A stretch of 64,000 bases of DNA, from positions 88,164,001 through 88,228,000 of the forward strand of contig OY740788.1 of NCBI GenBank assembly GCA_963514005.1. The letters run 5' to 3'. Origin of the DNA: Raja brachyura. Taxonomy: Eukaryota. Positions 13,610 through 24,549 of the stretch are shown piece by piece. Numbering within the stretch: the first letter of the stretch is position 1; the number at the start of each line of letters is the position of its first letter. Under the pieces are notes generated by a model, which worked only from the letters and a program-made list of their open reading frames with translations, was not told the DNA's origin and searched no databases. Position numbers and translations under genes: made by a program.

Positions 13610-15265
13610 ACCATAGGAACATAAGAGCAGAATCAGGCCATTCGACCCTTTGACTCTGCTTCACCATTTCATCGTGGCTGCACTTTTTTCCTCTCAACGC
13701 CATTGTCCCGTCTTCTCTCCATAACCTTTGATGACCTTACAATTAAAAAATCAATGAATCTCAACTTTAAAAGTACTCAATGACTTGGGCTCCCCTGCCA
13801 TCTGTGACAATGAATTCCACAGATTCACCACCGTTTGGCTAAATAAATTTCTCCTCGTATCAATTCTTGAGGTGTGTCCTTTTATAATGAGTTAGTGCCC
13901 TCTAGTCCTAGATCTATCCACTCCTGGAAACATATTTTCACATCCACTTCAGTTCTTTCATTATTTGGCAGGTTTTAATGAGATCTCCTCTCATCCTTCT
14001 AAACTCCAGTAAGTACATTCCCAGAGCCTTCAAATGCACATCATACATCAACCCAATTATCCCTGGGATCATTCTCGTAAACATCCTCTGGACCTGCTCC
14101 AATGCCAATACATCCTTCCTCAGATATGCGGCCCAAAACTGCTCAGAATGTTCTAAATAAAGTGTCTTATAAAACCTCAGCATTTCATCCTTGTTTTTAT
14201 ATTCCAGTGTTCTTCAAAATGAATGCTTCTTCTTATCGAGTCCACACACAAGATTAGAAGTTGTTCAACCAGAGCTGAACACACTTCTCGGCACCTGCAT
14301 ACAATGATGTCTGCCTTGTGCTTCATGTGCTTCATGTGCGTGCTGGTGGAAAAATTGGTGAAAACAGGGCCGTGACGTGAATGTTCTTTCCTTGACCCCA
14401 AATGAATGCTAACAATGCATTTGCCATTCTTACTGCTGAGTCAATCTGCAAACTATCCATGATGGAGCAGGGTTTCCTGCTCCATCATGCCCAAGTCCCT
14501 TTGCATCTCTGAATCCTCCCCCCATTTAGAAAAAAATGCATGACCCTACACTTTACTCTACTGTAGTCCATCTGCCACTTCTTTGCCCACTCTCCTAACC
14601 TGTTCAAATCCTTCTGCAGCCTTCCTGCCCCTCCACCTATCTTCGTATCATCTGCAAACTTGGCCACAAAGCCATCAATTCTATCATCCATATCGGTAAC
14701 ATAAAACGTGAAAAGTAGTGGACCCAACATAGACTGCTGCAGAACACCACTATTCACCAACAGCCAGCCAGAAGATGTCCGTTTATTCCCACTCTTTGCC
14801 TTCTGCCAGTCAGCCTATCTTCAATACATGCCAGTACCCTTGCATATAATACCATGGGCTCCAAAATTGTTTAGCAGCCTCATGTACAACTCTTATACAG
14901 GTGTATATTGATCCAATAGAGGTGTATAAAATCATGAGAGGAATAGATCAGGTAGACACACAGAGTCTCTTTCCCGGAGATGGGGAATTGAGAACCAGGG
15001 GTGATAGGTTTAAGGTGAGGTAGGAAAGGTTTAATAGGAACCTGAGGGGTAACTTTTTCACACAAAGTGTGATGGGTGTATGTAACAAGTTGCTGGAGGA
15101 GTTACTTGAGGCACGGACTACTGCAACATTTAAGAAACAATTAGACAGACACATGGATAGGACAGGTTTAAAGGGATAAGGGCCAAACACAGGCAGACTA
15201 GTGTAGATAGGATGTGTTGATGGGTGTGGGCAAATTGAGTTGAAAGGCCTGTTTCCACTCTATGA
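13610..15265 (-). mobile_element. Degenerate CR1 (RT region, -) with an adjacent/nested + strand CR1 3' end (about 14915-15265)
   Basis: ORFs 13938..14183 and 14485..14760 (KFADDTKIGG). Confidence 0.75.
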
Positions 15266-16299
15266 CCTTCTCAAAGGCCATCTGAAAGTCTTCATTCAGT
15301 CTTTTAGTCTACTCGATAATCTCGTAGGACTATCCACATTTTACTTGAGAAATCTTTTCTGAAATATCTGAAATGAGCTGTTAGATGAAGGTAGTAAAGC
15401 GGATCTAATTTTTGCTTTTAAAAGAATTTGCAAAGATATTTGGAAAGGAAGAGCTCAGAGGGCTAAATGCAGGCAAATGGGACTAGGGCATGGGCAAAGT
15501 GGGTCAAAACGTGTTCGGGCAGTACAGCCCTCTAAGAATCCAAGAATGCAGAGGGTTCAGGTGAGGGAAAGGAGTTTTAACAGAGATCTGACAGGAAAGT
15601 TTACACATAAGGAGGTTGATATCTGGAACTCACTGGCAGAGGAGGAGGTGAAATCAGATACAATCGCTACATTTAACGCACATTTTGACAGATACTTTAA
15701 TTGGCAAGACATGGAAGAATGCAATCCAAATGTGGGCAAATGGGATTGGTGCTCTAGTGCAAGTATGGTCAGCATGGATATGCTGTGTCGAAAGGCCTGT
15801 CTCTGTGCCATTTTTCACCATTTAAAAATAAATTGGATAGGCATATGGATGAGAAGGGTATGGAGGGTTATGGTATGAGTGCAGGCAGGTGGGACTAAGG
15901 GAAAAAAGTTGTTCGGCACGGACTTGAAGGGCCGAGATGGCCTGTTTCCGTGCTGTAATTGTTATATGGTTATATGTTATATGGTTATTGGAAAATTTTT
16001 CGAATGAATGGTCTGTGTGTTTCAAGTAATGGGAATCACACTTAAAACTAAGGCACAAAAACATTTTGTTTAGAGATGGCAGTGAATCTCTACACCAGTC
16101 GGTTAGGGAAACTAGATCATTGGAAGGATTTGAAGTACAGGTAGATGGTGAGATTGCTGACTGGGGATCCAGCATGGAGGAGACATGGCCTGAGGTAGAT
16201 CAGCCATGATCACATTGAATGGTGGGGCAAGTTTGAGGGGCTAAGTGGCCTAGTCCTCCTCTTGCTTTCTTGTGTTTTGTCAGTGAAGCCAATATGCTG

Positions 16300-16402
16300 C
16301 AGGAAATAACCAACTTCCCTTGTGAAGGAAAAAACAGTCAGAAACAGTATTGCACTGCTTCCTCTTTCTACATTTCCAACTACTGCTGGAGGAAGGAAGT
16401 GG
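16300..16402 (+). promoter_or_regulatory. Putative leukocyte-type promoter: cluster of ETS/PU.1 GGAA cores
   Basis: AGGAAA, ACTTCC, AGGAA, GCTTCCTC and GAGGAAGGAAGTG lie 85-185 nt upstream of the leader ATG. Confidence 0.45.
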
Positions 16403-16484
16403 AATGTAGAGTCAGCAAGGTACATTATTGTGACCCAAGTTGATTTCTGCATATTCACCAAACTCTGGCTACCATTCTGTTGAG

Positions 16485-16536
16485 ATGAGCGATAAATGTC
16501 TTTTTGGTGTGACCTTCTCCATCTGTTTGGTGGTGG
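16485..16536 (+). CDS. Leader (signal peptide) exon of VJ-type Ig receptor gene 1: MSDKCLFGVTFSICLVV(G)
   Basis: ATG, short hydrophobic ORF, perfect phase-1 G|GTAAGT donor, about 750 nt upstream of V1; typical IgSF leader exon. Confidence 0.7.
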
Positions 16537-17286
16537 GTAAGTACCAGTGTGTTTGGGTAGTGTTGGATGTTCTATTACAGAACCTGGCATAGGATGAGAT
16601 GCATACCCTGGGGAACAAAATCGGACTGCCCACCCTATCTAAGTCTCTCATAATTGTACACATTTTTATCAGGTTGTCCACAGTCTCCAACTCTCCAGGG
16701 AAAGCAATCCAACTTTATCTAAACTCTCCTTATAGCTTTTAATAATCTTCTGTACCCTCTTCAAGCCTCCACAACCTCACTGTAATGGGCTGTTCAGCAC
16801 TACAATGCACTCCAAATGTGGACCATTTACTTGTAGCATTTATGAGACGTTTAGATAAGCACATGGATATGCAGAGGAAGGAGGGATATGGATAATGTGC
16901 ATGTAGAGGAGATTAGTTACCTGCCGCATCACACTTGGTGCAGGCATTATGGGCAGGAGGGCATGGTCCTGTGCTGTATCATTCAGTTCTATGTTCTAAT
17001 GTTAACTATGTTATCATCCAGATTGTTAATGTAGATAACAAACAACAGTGGACTCAGCACTGACCCTTACAACACTCCACTGGTCACAGACTTCCTCTAA
17101 ACATCTACACTTTCACTTCTTCCTCCAATTGTTTCAAGCTTGCCTCCAGCCTCCTGTTCACCCCATAATGCATCCGTTCGATTAGTTCACCACCCGTCTC
17201 ACTCCGTCTCTGTCCAGTTTGTCATTGTCATTATATCCACTGGGCTCTGCTCCCTCTGACAGTCACTTGTTATTACCCGCACGTGC

Positions 17287-17635
17287 ATGGCCCTGGTACA
17301 ATCCCCAGAAGCTCTGTTGGTGCATGAAGGTGAAAGTGTGGAAATACTGTGTGCCCTGGAGAGCAGCAATGTCAAATACACCATGGCGAAGTTCCAGGGA
17401 CACTGGTACAACTCACACAATAAATTGGCATTGGATGGAATAATCCTCACTCTTTACCCTGATGGTACACTTTACAGGTCACCGGGCTATTCCGAGCGAT
17501 TTCAAGTTTCCAGGGACATGACCAGTAACAGCTATTTACTGACCATCAGAGAGGTGACGATCAATGACTCTGATGACTACATCTGTGGCATTTGGGGGAA
17601 CACCTTTGGAAAAGGAACCCAGCTGATTGTAACCA
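17287..17635 (+). CDS. V1: germline-joined VJ-type Ig V-set domain (open frame, abnormal splice acceptor)
   Basis: LVQSP..VEILC..HWY..SERFQVSRD..YLLTI..DSDDYICGIWGNTFGKGTQLIVT with a phase-1 A|GTGAGT donor; the acceptor homologous to V3 reads AC, not AG. Confidence 0.8.
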
Positions 17636-19938
17636 GTGAGTACTTTATGTTGCCCCTATTTCCACAAATGTTCCTTTGTTAACATTTCATAAGGAACCCT
17701 GATACAGTTTTTTATGTTCCACAGAAACATTCCTAATTAGAAATGTACTGTCATAGAATCATATGCAGCACATGGACAGGTCTGTTGACCCAACTCGTTC
17801 ACACCGAGTGAGAAGCCCATATACCCGTACCATTTGCCCACATTTGATCCATATCCCCATAAACATCTGCTATCTATGTAGCTGTCCAAATGTAGTTTGT
17901 CTTGTTATTGCACTTGCTTCTATTAAATATATGCAAATCCCATTTGCCCTCGTTTGACCCATACCCCCATAAACCTCTACAGTCTATGTAGCTGTCCTAA
18001 TATCTTTTTTAGTTTTGCTGTTGTACTTGCCTCAATTACTTTCATATGAGGGCCATCTCACCTTAAAGCTTGCCGACCAAGTTGGTATTCTGGGCTAGTC
18101 TCAGTTTTCAGCATTTAGTCCATATCCTACATAACCCTCCCTAGCCATATATCTGCCAAAATATATTTAAAACTCATAGTTGTATCCACTTCTATAGCTT
18201 CCTCTGGTAGCTCGTTCCATATAAGGACTATGCTCTAAGTGAAAAAGCTGTCCCTGAGGTCCCTCTATTATCTCTTCCCACTCACCTTAAGCTGAAGTCC
18301 TGTAGATTTGGATACTTCTACCCTTGGAAACATGCTGTGAATGTTCACTTTATAGATGCTTCACATAACCCTGTACACCATAATATGGTTATTCTTCAGC
18401 CTCTGCTCAAATGAAAATGATCTCAGCCTATCCAACCTCTCATTATAATTCAAGCATGCAAATCCAGGTACTATCATGGTGAATCTCTTCTCTACCCTTT
18501 CCAACTCAATGACATTCCTCTATGCCTGGACGACTGGAACAGCAACAGTACTCATGTATGGTCTCACCAAGGAAAAAGGACATCATGGTATCTCAAATGT
18601 AGTACTCAGTGCACTCCTCAATGAAGGTACACATGCTAAATGCCCTCTGCACCATCGTATCCACCTGAATCGCTACTTTCAGGGAAGCATGTACCTGCCC
18701 TCCCAGTTCATTCTGTGGTACAATACTCTCCAGGGGTTCACCATTTACTGTGCTAGTCATCCACCAGTTTCACATTCCAAAGTGCCACACCATACACTTG
18801 TCACTATTAAATTCCGTTTGGTATTTCTTGGCCCACCTTCACAACTGATCAAGATCTTGTTGGAAAGTTATACTTTATAATCTTCTAACCTATCTCCAAT
18901 AATGTATTATTAGTAAATCATTCCATTCTTTTTTTTAATCTTGACATTTATGGGGTTTTTTTCCTCTCTCTTTCTTACTTTCTATCAATATTAAAACAAA
19001 ATTAGAAGCAGAATGAATCCTCGATTAATAATATTAATAGTATGATTGATACACATGAAATGTTTTCACCATTATATGTGTTTGCTTCTAATAAAAATAT
19101 ATTAAAAAATAAAATTAAAAAAAAAGATCCTGGTGGAAACGTATCGTGTTGGATATTCGACCACACTGTACAGTTTATAACCCATTTTGGTGCCATCTTC
19201 AAAGTTTTGAGCAATATTAACTAGGTTGTCCTTGAAATCTTTAATATGGACACCAAACAATGAAAAACAGTGCACCCAGTGCCACCGCTGCAGAACAGCA
19301 CTCGTCACAGGCCTCCAATCAGAACAAAAAGCTCTACAAATACGCTTTGCGACAAATGCAAGGTCAACTTCCTGAGAGTAAATCCGTGGATCTGTGGGTC
19401 TGGATGGAGTCTTGGCCTCAACCTTAGAACCACGGGTCAGCTGGCAGAAGTATTCACAAACATCGTTCACCTTTCTCTACATCATGCTGAAGTTCCCAAG
19501 ACGTCAAATACTGCTATCATTCAGGTGCCAAATTAAAGTAAGGTCGCATGCCAGAGACAGGACATTTGGTGTTTCAATAACTCTCACCAACTTTTACAGA
19601 TGCACCATCAAAGAAAGCTCATGTTCTACAACCTTCCCCTGCCCCTCCTGTAATTGTCCTAACCTGACGATGTAGCAATTTACACCACCTGGCCCTTATC
19701 TGAATTAAACTCCATTTGCCATTCCTCCGCCCTTCATCCAGCTGATCAATATCTCTCTGCAATTTCCGTTTTAGTTTTTAGTGTCCAGAAACACAGAGCT
19801 GGAAATAAACCCTTCGGCCCATCGAGTCTGCTCTGCCCAGCGATCCCCGCACACTAGTACTATCCTCGATACATGTAAGAATAAACTAAACTGAACTGAA
19901 CCAATCTCTTCTGATCTTCAGTTGCTTAACACCCACAG

Positions 19939-20311
19939 ATCTAAGGCAGATACAGTCATGTTCCAATCACCAGAAGCTCTGATGTTGCGTGAAGGAGAAG
20001 GGGTGGCGATTCAGTGTGTCCTGGAGAGCATTAATGTGGCATATACTGCGGCAAATGCCAGTACACTGGTACATCGTCTGCAAAGGTTTAACACCCGATG
20101 GAATAGTACATGGAATAGCACTTAATCTTTACGTTAATGACAGTGTTCACAGGACACTGGGCTTCTCCGAGCAATTTCAGCTTTCTAGGGACGTCGCTAG
20201 TAACAGCTACTCACTGACCATCACCATCAGAGAGCTGGAGGTTAATGGCTAATTATATCTGTGGCATTTAGGGGAAATTATTTGGATGTGGAACCCAGCT
20301 GAATGTAACCA
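19939..20311 (+). pseudogene. V2: disabled VJ-type V exon
   Basis: Homologous to V1/V3 (FQSPEAL..IQC / VHWY..SEQFQLSRD..SYSLTI / NYICGI*GKLFGCGTQLNVT) but split over three frames, with TAG at 20269-20271. Confidence 0.88.
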
Positions 20312-22335
20312 GTATTGGTTCTTTAGTTTTTAATTTTAGAGATATTGTGCGGAAACAGGCCCTTTGGCCCACCGAGTCCGCACCGACCAGCGATCCCTAC
20401 ACATTAACACTATCCTACACACACTAGGGATTTTTTAAATTTATGCCAAGCTAATTATCTACAAACCTGTAGGTCTTTGGAGTATGGGAGTAAACCAAAG
20501 ATCTCGGATGAAACCCACGCGGTCACGGGGAGAACGTACAAAAACTCCATACAGACAGCACCTGAACCTGAACATACAGATCGAACCCGGGTCTCTGGCG
20601 CTGTAAGGCAGCAACTCTACCGCTGCACCCCCGTGCCACCCATATGATTCTATTTGGTTCTATTTCTAGTTAAGTTCCTGTATTAGCACCTCACGATGAA
20701 TGTGCTACCCTGTTATCAGTTCTAATGAGACCGTCATTAGAAGAAAAATGGGCTTACATTCATTCATTTTTAACTAATTACCGCGGATGACTTCACTGTG
20801 TCCTGAGATTGGGGACAATTAAGAAGGGAGAATAAATGCTGCCATTGACGGTGCCACATCATGGGAACAGATAAATATATTCAAATACACAATATTCACA
20901 AAAACTCCATTAATCCTTGATCCGACCTTTTGGCTCACCAGGTGATCTTTGCTGTGGTCCCCATCCCCTCACCGCCCTTGGTTCCCGCGTTACCCTTAAA
21001 CATATCTCTTCTGCCTCTTGTGCTCAACGAATCACTTACCAGCTTAACTATATATACGAAGCAACTGCAGATGCTGGTTTGCTCCAAAGACAGACACAAA
21101 AAGCAGTAGCAACTCAGTGGGTCAGGCAGCATCTCCAGTGAAAAAGAATAGGTGACGGTTCAGGTCGAGACCCTTCTTCAGACTGATAATCAGTGAAGAG
21201 GGAAACGAGAGTTATAGAAGGTACATCGAACAAATGAATGAAAGATGTGCAAAAAGCAACAATGATTATGGAAAGGTGGAGGCCACAATGGTCCATTGTT
21301 GGCTGTGGGGGAGCCGACAAAATCATTACGCTTAAACTACTTTCGTTTGAAAGAGAATTGAAAATATGTTTGAGCATTAACAAAGTGACCTCCAAGAGTT
21401 TGAAATATTTGCCAATCTATTTCCAACAAAACTCTGAGTGTGGCAGAATATTGGAGTTTTAATGCTTCAGATCCCAGCCTCCCTCAGTAGGTCCAGACAA
21501 TCTTTGATAACTCTCTTTCCAAATTCTGACCAATAGTCTCGGATCTGAATCGTTCCCTCTGTTCCTCTCTCCACAGATGTGTGACCTGCTGGGCATTTTT
21601 CGTTTCAGTTCCTACTTTTATATTCTATCCTGTTTGACATATTTCATTGCCTTCCTCATTACTTGCAAATTGGAGGGTTTTGTAACAGCCAACTACCTAC
21701 AGTGTGAAAGTTGAGAGAACTATTACTGTTCTCTCAGTTTGTCCTCACGGGGTGAAATAAGTCAGGGAATATAGAATATAGAACATGGAACATAGGACAG
21801 TTCAATAGCACAGGAACAGGCTCTTTGGCCCAACATGTGTGCCCAACATGCTGGCAGACAAAACTAATCTCATCTGCTAACACATAGCTTCTAAACCTCT
21901 GCCCACTACTTGCCCATTAATGTGGCAGTACAAATGCCTTTTACATGTTGCTAGTGTTTCTGGTTCCAATACTTCTTCTGGCAGCATGTTCATTTCCCCT
22001 CTCACCTCAGACCTGAGCTCTTTAGTATTTGATATTTCCATCATGGGAAAAAGGCTTCTACCCAAGCAAAGCCTGTCATAATTTTATAAATTACAACTGA
22101 AACCCAAAGTACATGCTATAACTTCAAGACAAGAGCTCAACTAAGAAAACCAAACCCAAAGCCAAAGTATTATCTAACTATCTAACTGAACAAAGTCTGA
22201 CTCTGGGAAATAAGTGGGTTAGGATCAGTGGACCACTCTTTCAAAGAGCTGGCACAGAACGATGGGCCAAGTGGCTTCCTTCTTACTGACATTACGTTTC
22301 CCTGATGTTTACCCAATGATGTGATTTCTTTGCAG

Positions 22336-22470
22336 TTTCTCCAACGAAGGAGAATCAAGGTGTGGTGATGTACCTTGCCTGGATCATTCTGCCTTTGGTG
22401 CTGGGAGTTCTTGCTGTTACTGGAGCCGTTTGCCTCATCAGATGCAGAGCTTCTGGAAGCCACCAGTCCT
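22336..22470 (+). CDS. Stalk plus transmembrane exon of receptor gene 1: SPTKENQGVVMYLAWIILPLVLGVLAVTGAVCLIRCRASGSHQS
   Basis: ttctttgcag acceptor, GTATGT donor, phase 1-1, 135 nt; about 25-aa uncharged hydrophobic helix followed by basic RCR. Confidence 0.82.
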
Positions 22471-22637
22471 GTATGTGTAACTAAATAATTCAGTCTGATC
22501 TGATTACTGTGTGGACTTAATGAAATTGGAAGGGCTGGATCCGATTGTCAAAGAGCTGTCATTATGCTGTTGGGCAGCAAAGTGGGATTCACAGCCCCGA
22601 GGCTGCTCTTTGTGAGACCTTGTTCTCTGTTTCACAG

Positions 22638-22711
22638 CCCAGTCCGGAGCGGCCGATGACCAGACCCCAGGACCAGTTTATGAAAACATTTCTGTGACAA
22701 GAAATGTCCCG
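22638..22711 (+). CDS. Cytoplasmic exon 1: (S)QSGAADDQTPGPVYENISVTRNVP
   Basis: ctgtttcacag acceptor, G|GTGAGT donor, phase 1 to 0 continuing the TM frame; YENI motif. Confidence 0.8.
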
Positions 22712-23875
22712 GTGAGTTCTGATGGTTTTCTGGGATAAGCAGACCTGTGCTGGGATCCCTCTCCCTGATGGTGTGTTATTGGCTTCCCATCAGGTATTTA
22801 CTCCACTCACTTTGTGGATCATTGAGTATTGTCGCAATGCCTTTATGATGTGTAAATGTACGTGGTGCATCTGTTGTTGATGGAGAGTGGGACTTGCACT
22901 GCTCGTGAGCAGGTGTGTAAGAACACACTACCAGGTCCAGCAACCCACTGAAGGTTCAGCTTCAGCTGTTTAACTTGAGAGGAGTTCAACGTCTGGATCT
23001 CTCCTGCTATTGTCTGCCCAGAACCATCCCCTCTGGCCACGCATATGGCCATCAGCTTCACTATTAGCACAACGACTTCAACTGTTGTTCACTTCAAACT
23101 AATTGGAGTGTTTAACCACAGTAAAGGCAGGTCCTTGATCAATATGGTTTCAGAATCCTTTCAAAAATCTCTCCCCATGCCTTTGTTTATTGTGAAATCT
23201 ACCCGCTGTGAATAAACTACCCACAGTGGATTAATCCTCTAGTAAGTTCTCTCCAAGTGCCACTGTGAACTTCTCCCTAATCACTAATGCATTTCCTCCA
23301 CCTCACAGCCAAACTTCCAGCTTGTTAACCATCAGCACAGGATCACCTCAAGGTGGGTGCTCAGCCCCGTACTCTGTACCCATTACTGTGTGGCCAGACA
23401 GATTTGCCCTCAGTACATCTGAAACTTGCATCTGTGACCATCGTCGATGCATCCAGAGAGAATGGTGAAAACTATTCTGATGATCTGCTCACAGTTTGAG
23501 AGTACATTTTCAGTGGTTTCCACTGCCCACTTTCCCCATGACTTCCTCTTTACACTCCACGCATTTGTGATGAAACAATCTCGTGGGGAAGTAGAAGAGG
23601 ACACAGTCACTTCTAAAACAGCAACGGGAACATCGGGTCTGAATGAACAGAAGTCTCATCCTTGCAAATCAAGTTTAAGAACATGTTTGCACTGATATTC
23701 TCCACCTTGACTCTGTTCCTCTGTGCAGTGGGTAAGTACAGTCCCAGGATGGGTCCCCCAGTCTGGGTTAGTTTCATCTGCTTTCAAGTTCCATTTACAT
23801 ATTGCAGTGATGTGTATCTACTATTTTATAGTTGAATATTTCTGTTTAAAATTGAGATTTGTGTTCTTGGTTCAG

Positions 23876-23917
23876 TGTGAGAAGGACACTGAAGTGTACT
23901 GCTCTGTATCTCTATAA
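23876..23917 (+). CDS. Terminal cytoplasmic exon: CEKDTEVYCSVSL*
   Basis: ttggttcag acceptor, phase 0 matching the previous exon; YxxV motif; AATAAA overlaps the stop. Confidence 0.65.
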   Translation, partial: CEKDTEVYCSVSL

Positions 23918-24549
23918 TAAAGATTCATCAGAACAGCAACAACAAGTGCGCCATAACGTATCTAACTCAACTAGATGATGATAAAACATTACCAAAGTAT
24001 GTAAAGTAACCACAGTCGTGCAAAGTCAGGGCAGAGCAGGGATTTGAACACACAGCCTTGAGGTGCCCCTGTGCTGATGGTCACTGAGGCGGAGATATTG
24101 TTGCCAATACACACTGACTGAGGTCCGCCAATGGGGAAGTGGAGCAACCAGTTGAATAGGATGGTGCAGAGACCCAGATCCCTGAGTTTGGACAGGATAA
24201 TGGTGTTGAATGCTGTGCCTCAGTCAATGAACAATAGCCTGATGTATATGTTTGCATTAAACACAAGTGTGAAGAATATCAAATCTAATGACAAAAGATT
24301 TTATAAATCTATTAGGAGAGAGAATATTGCCCAGGGAGAAATGTTGGCCCAACAAAGAGAAACAGGCAAAAGACTGGAAAGGCAGGAACACTCAGAGCTG
24401 TGGGTGGGGAGAGAAACCGAGTTAGCTTCAGGCAGATTAACATTCATCATTCAAAAGGTTAAACCCAGGCAAGATTTTCAAATAGATCATGGAAATGACA
24501 GATCAAGGGAATAAATTCCGTATTCCACAACAAAAACGGACAGATTTTA

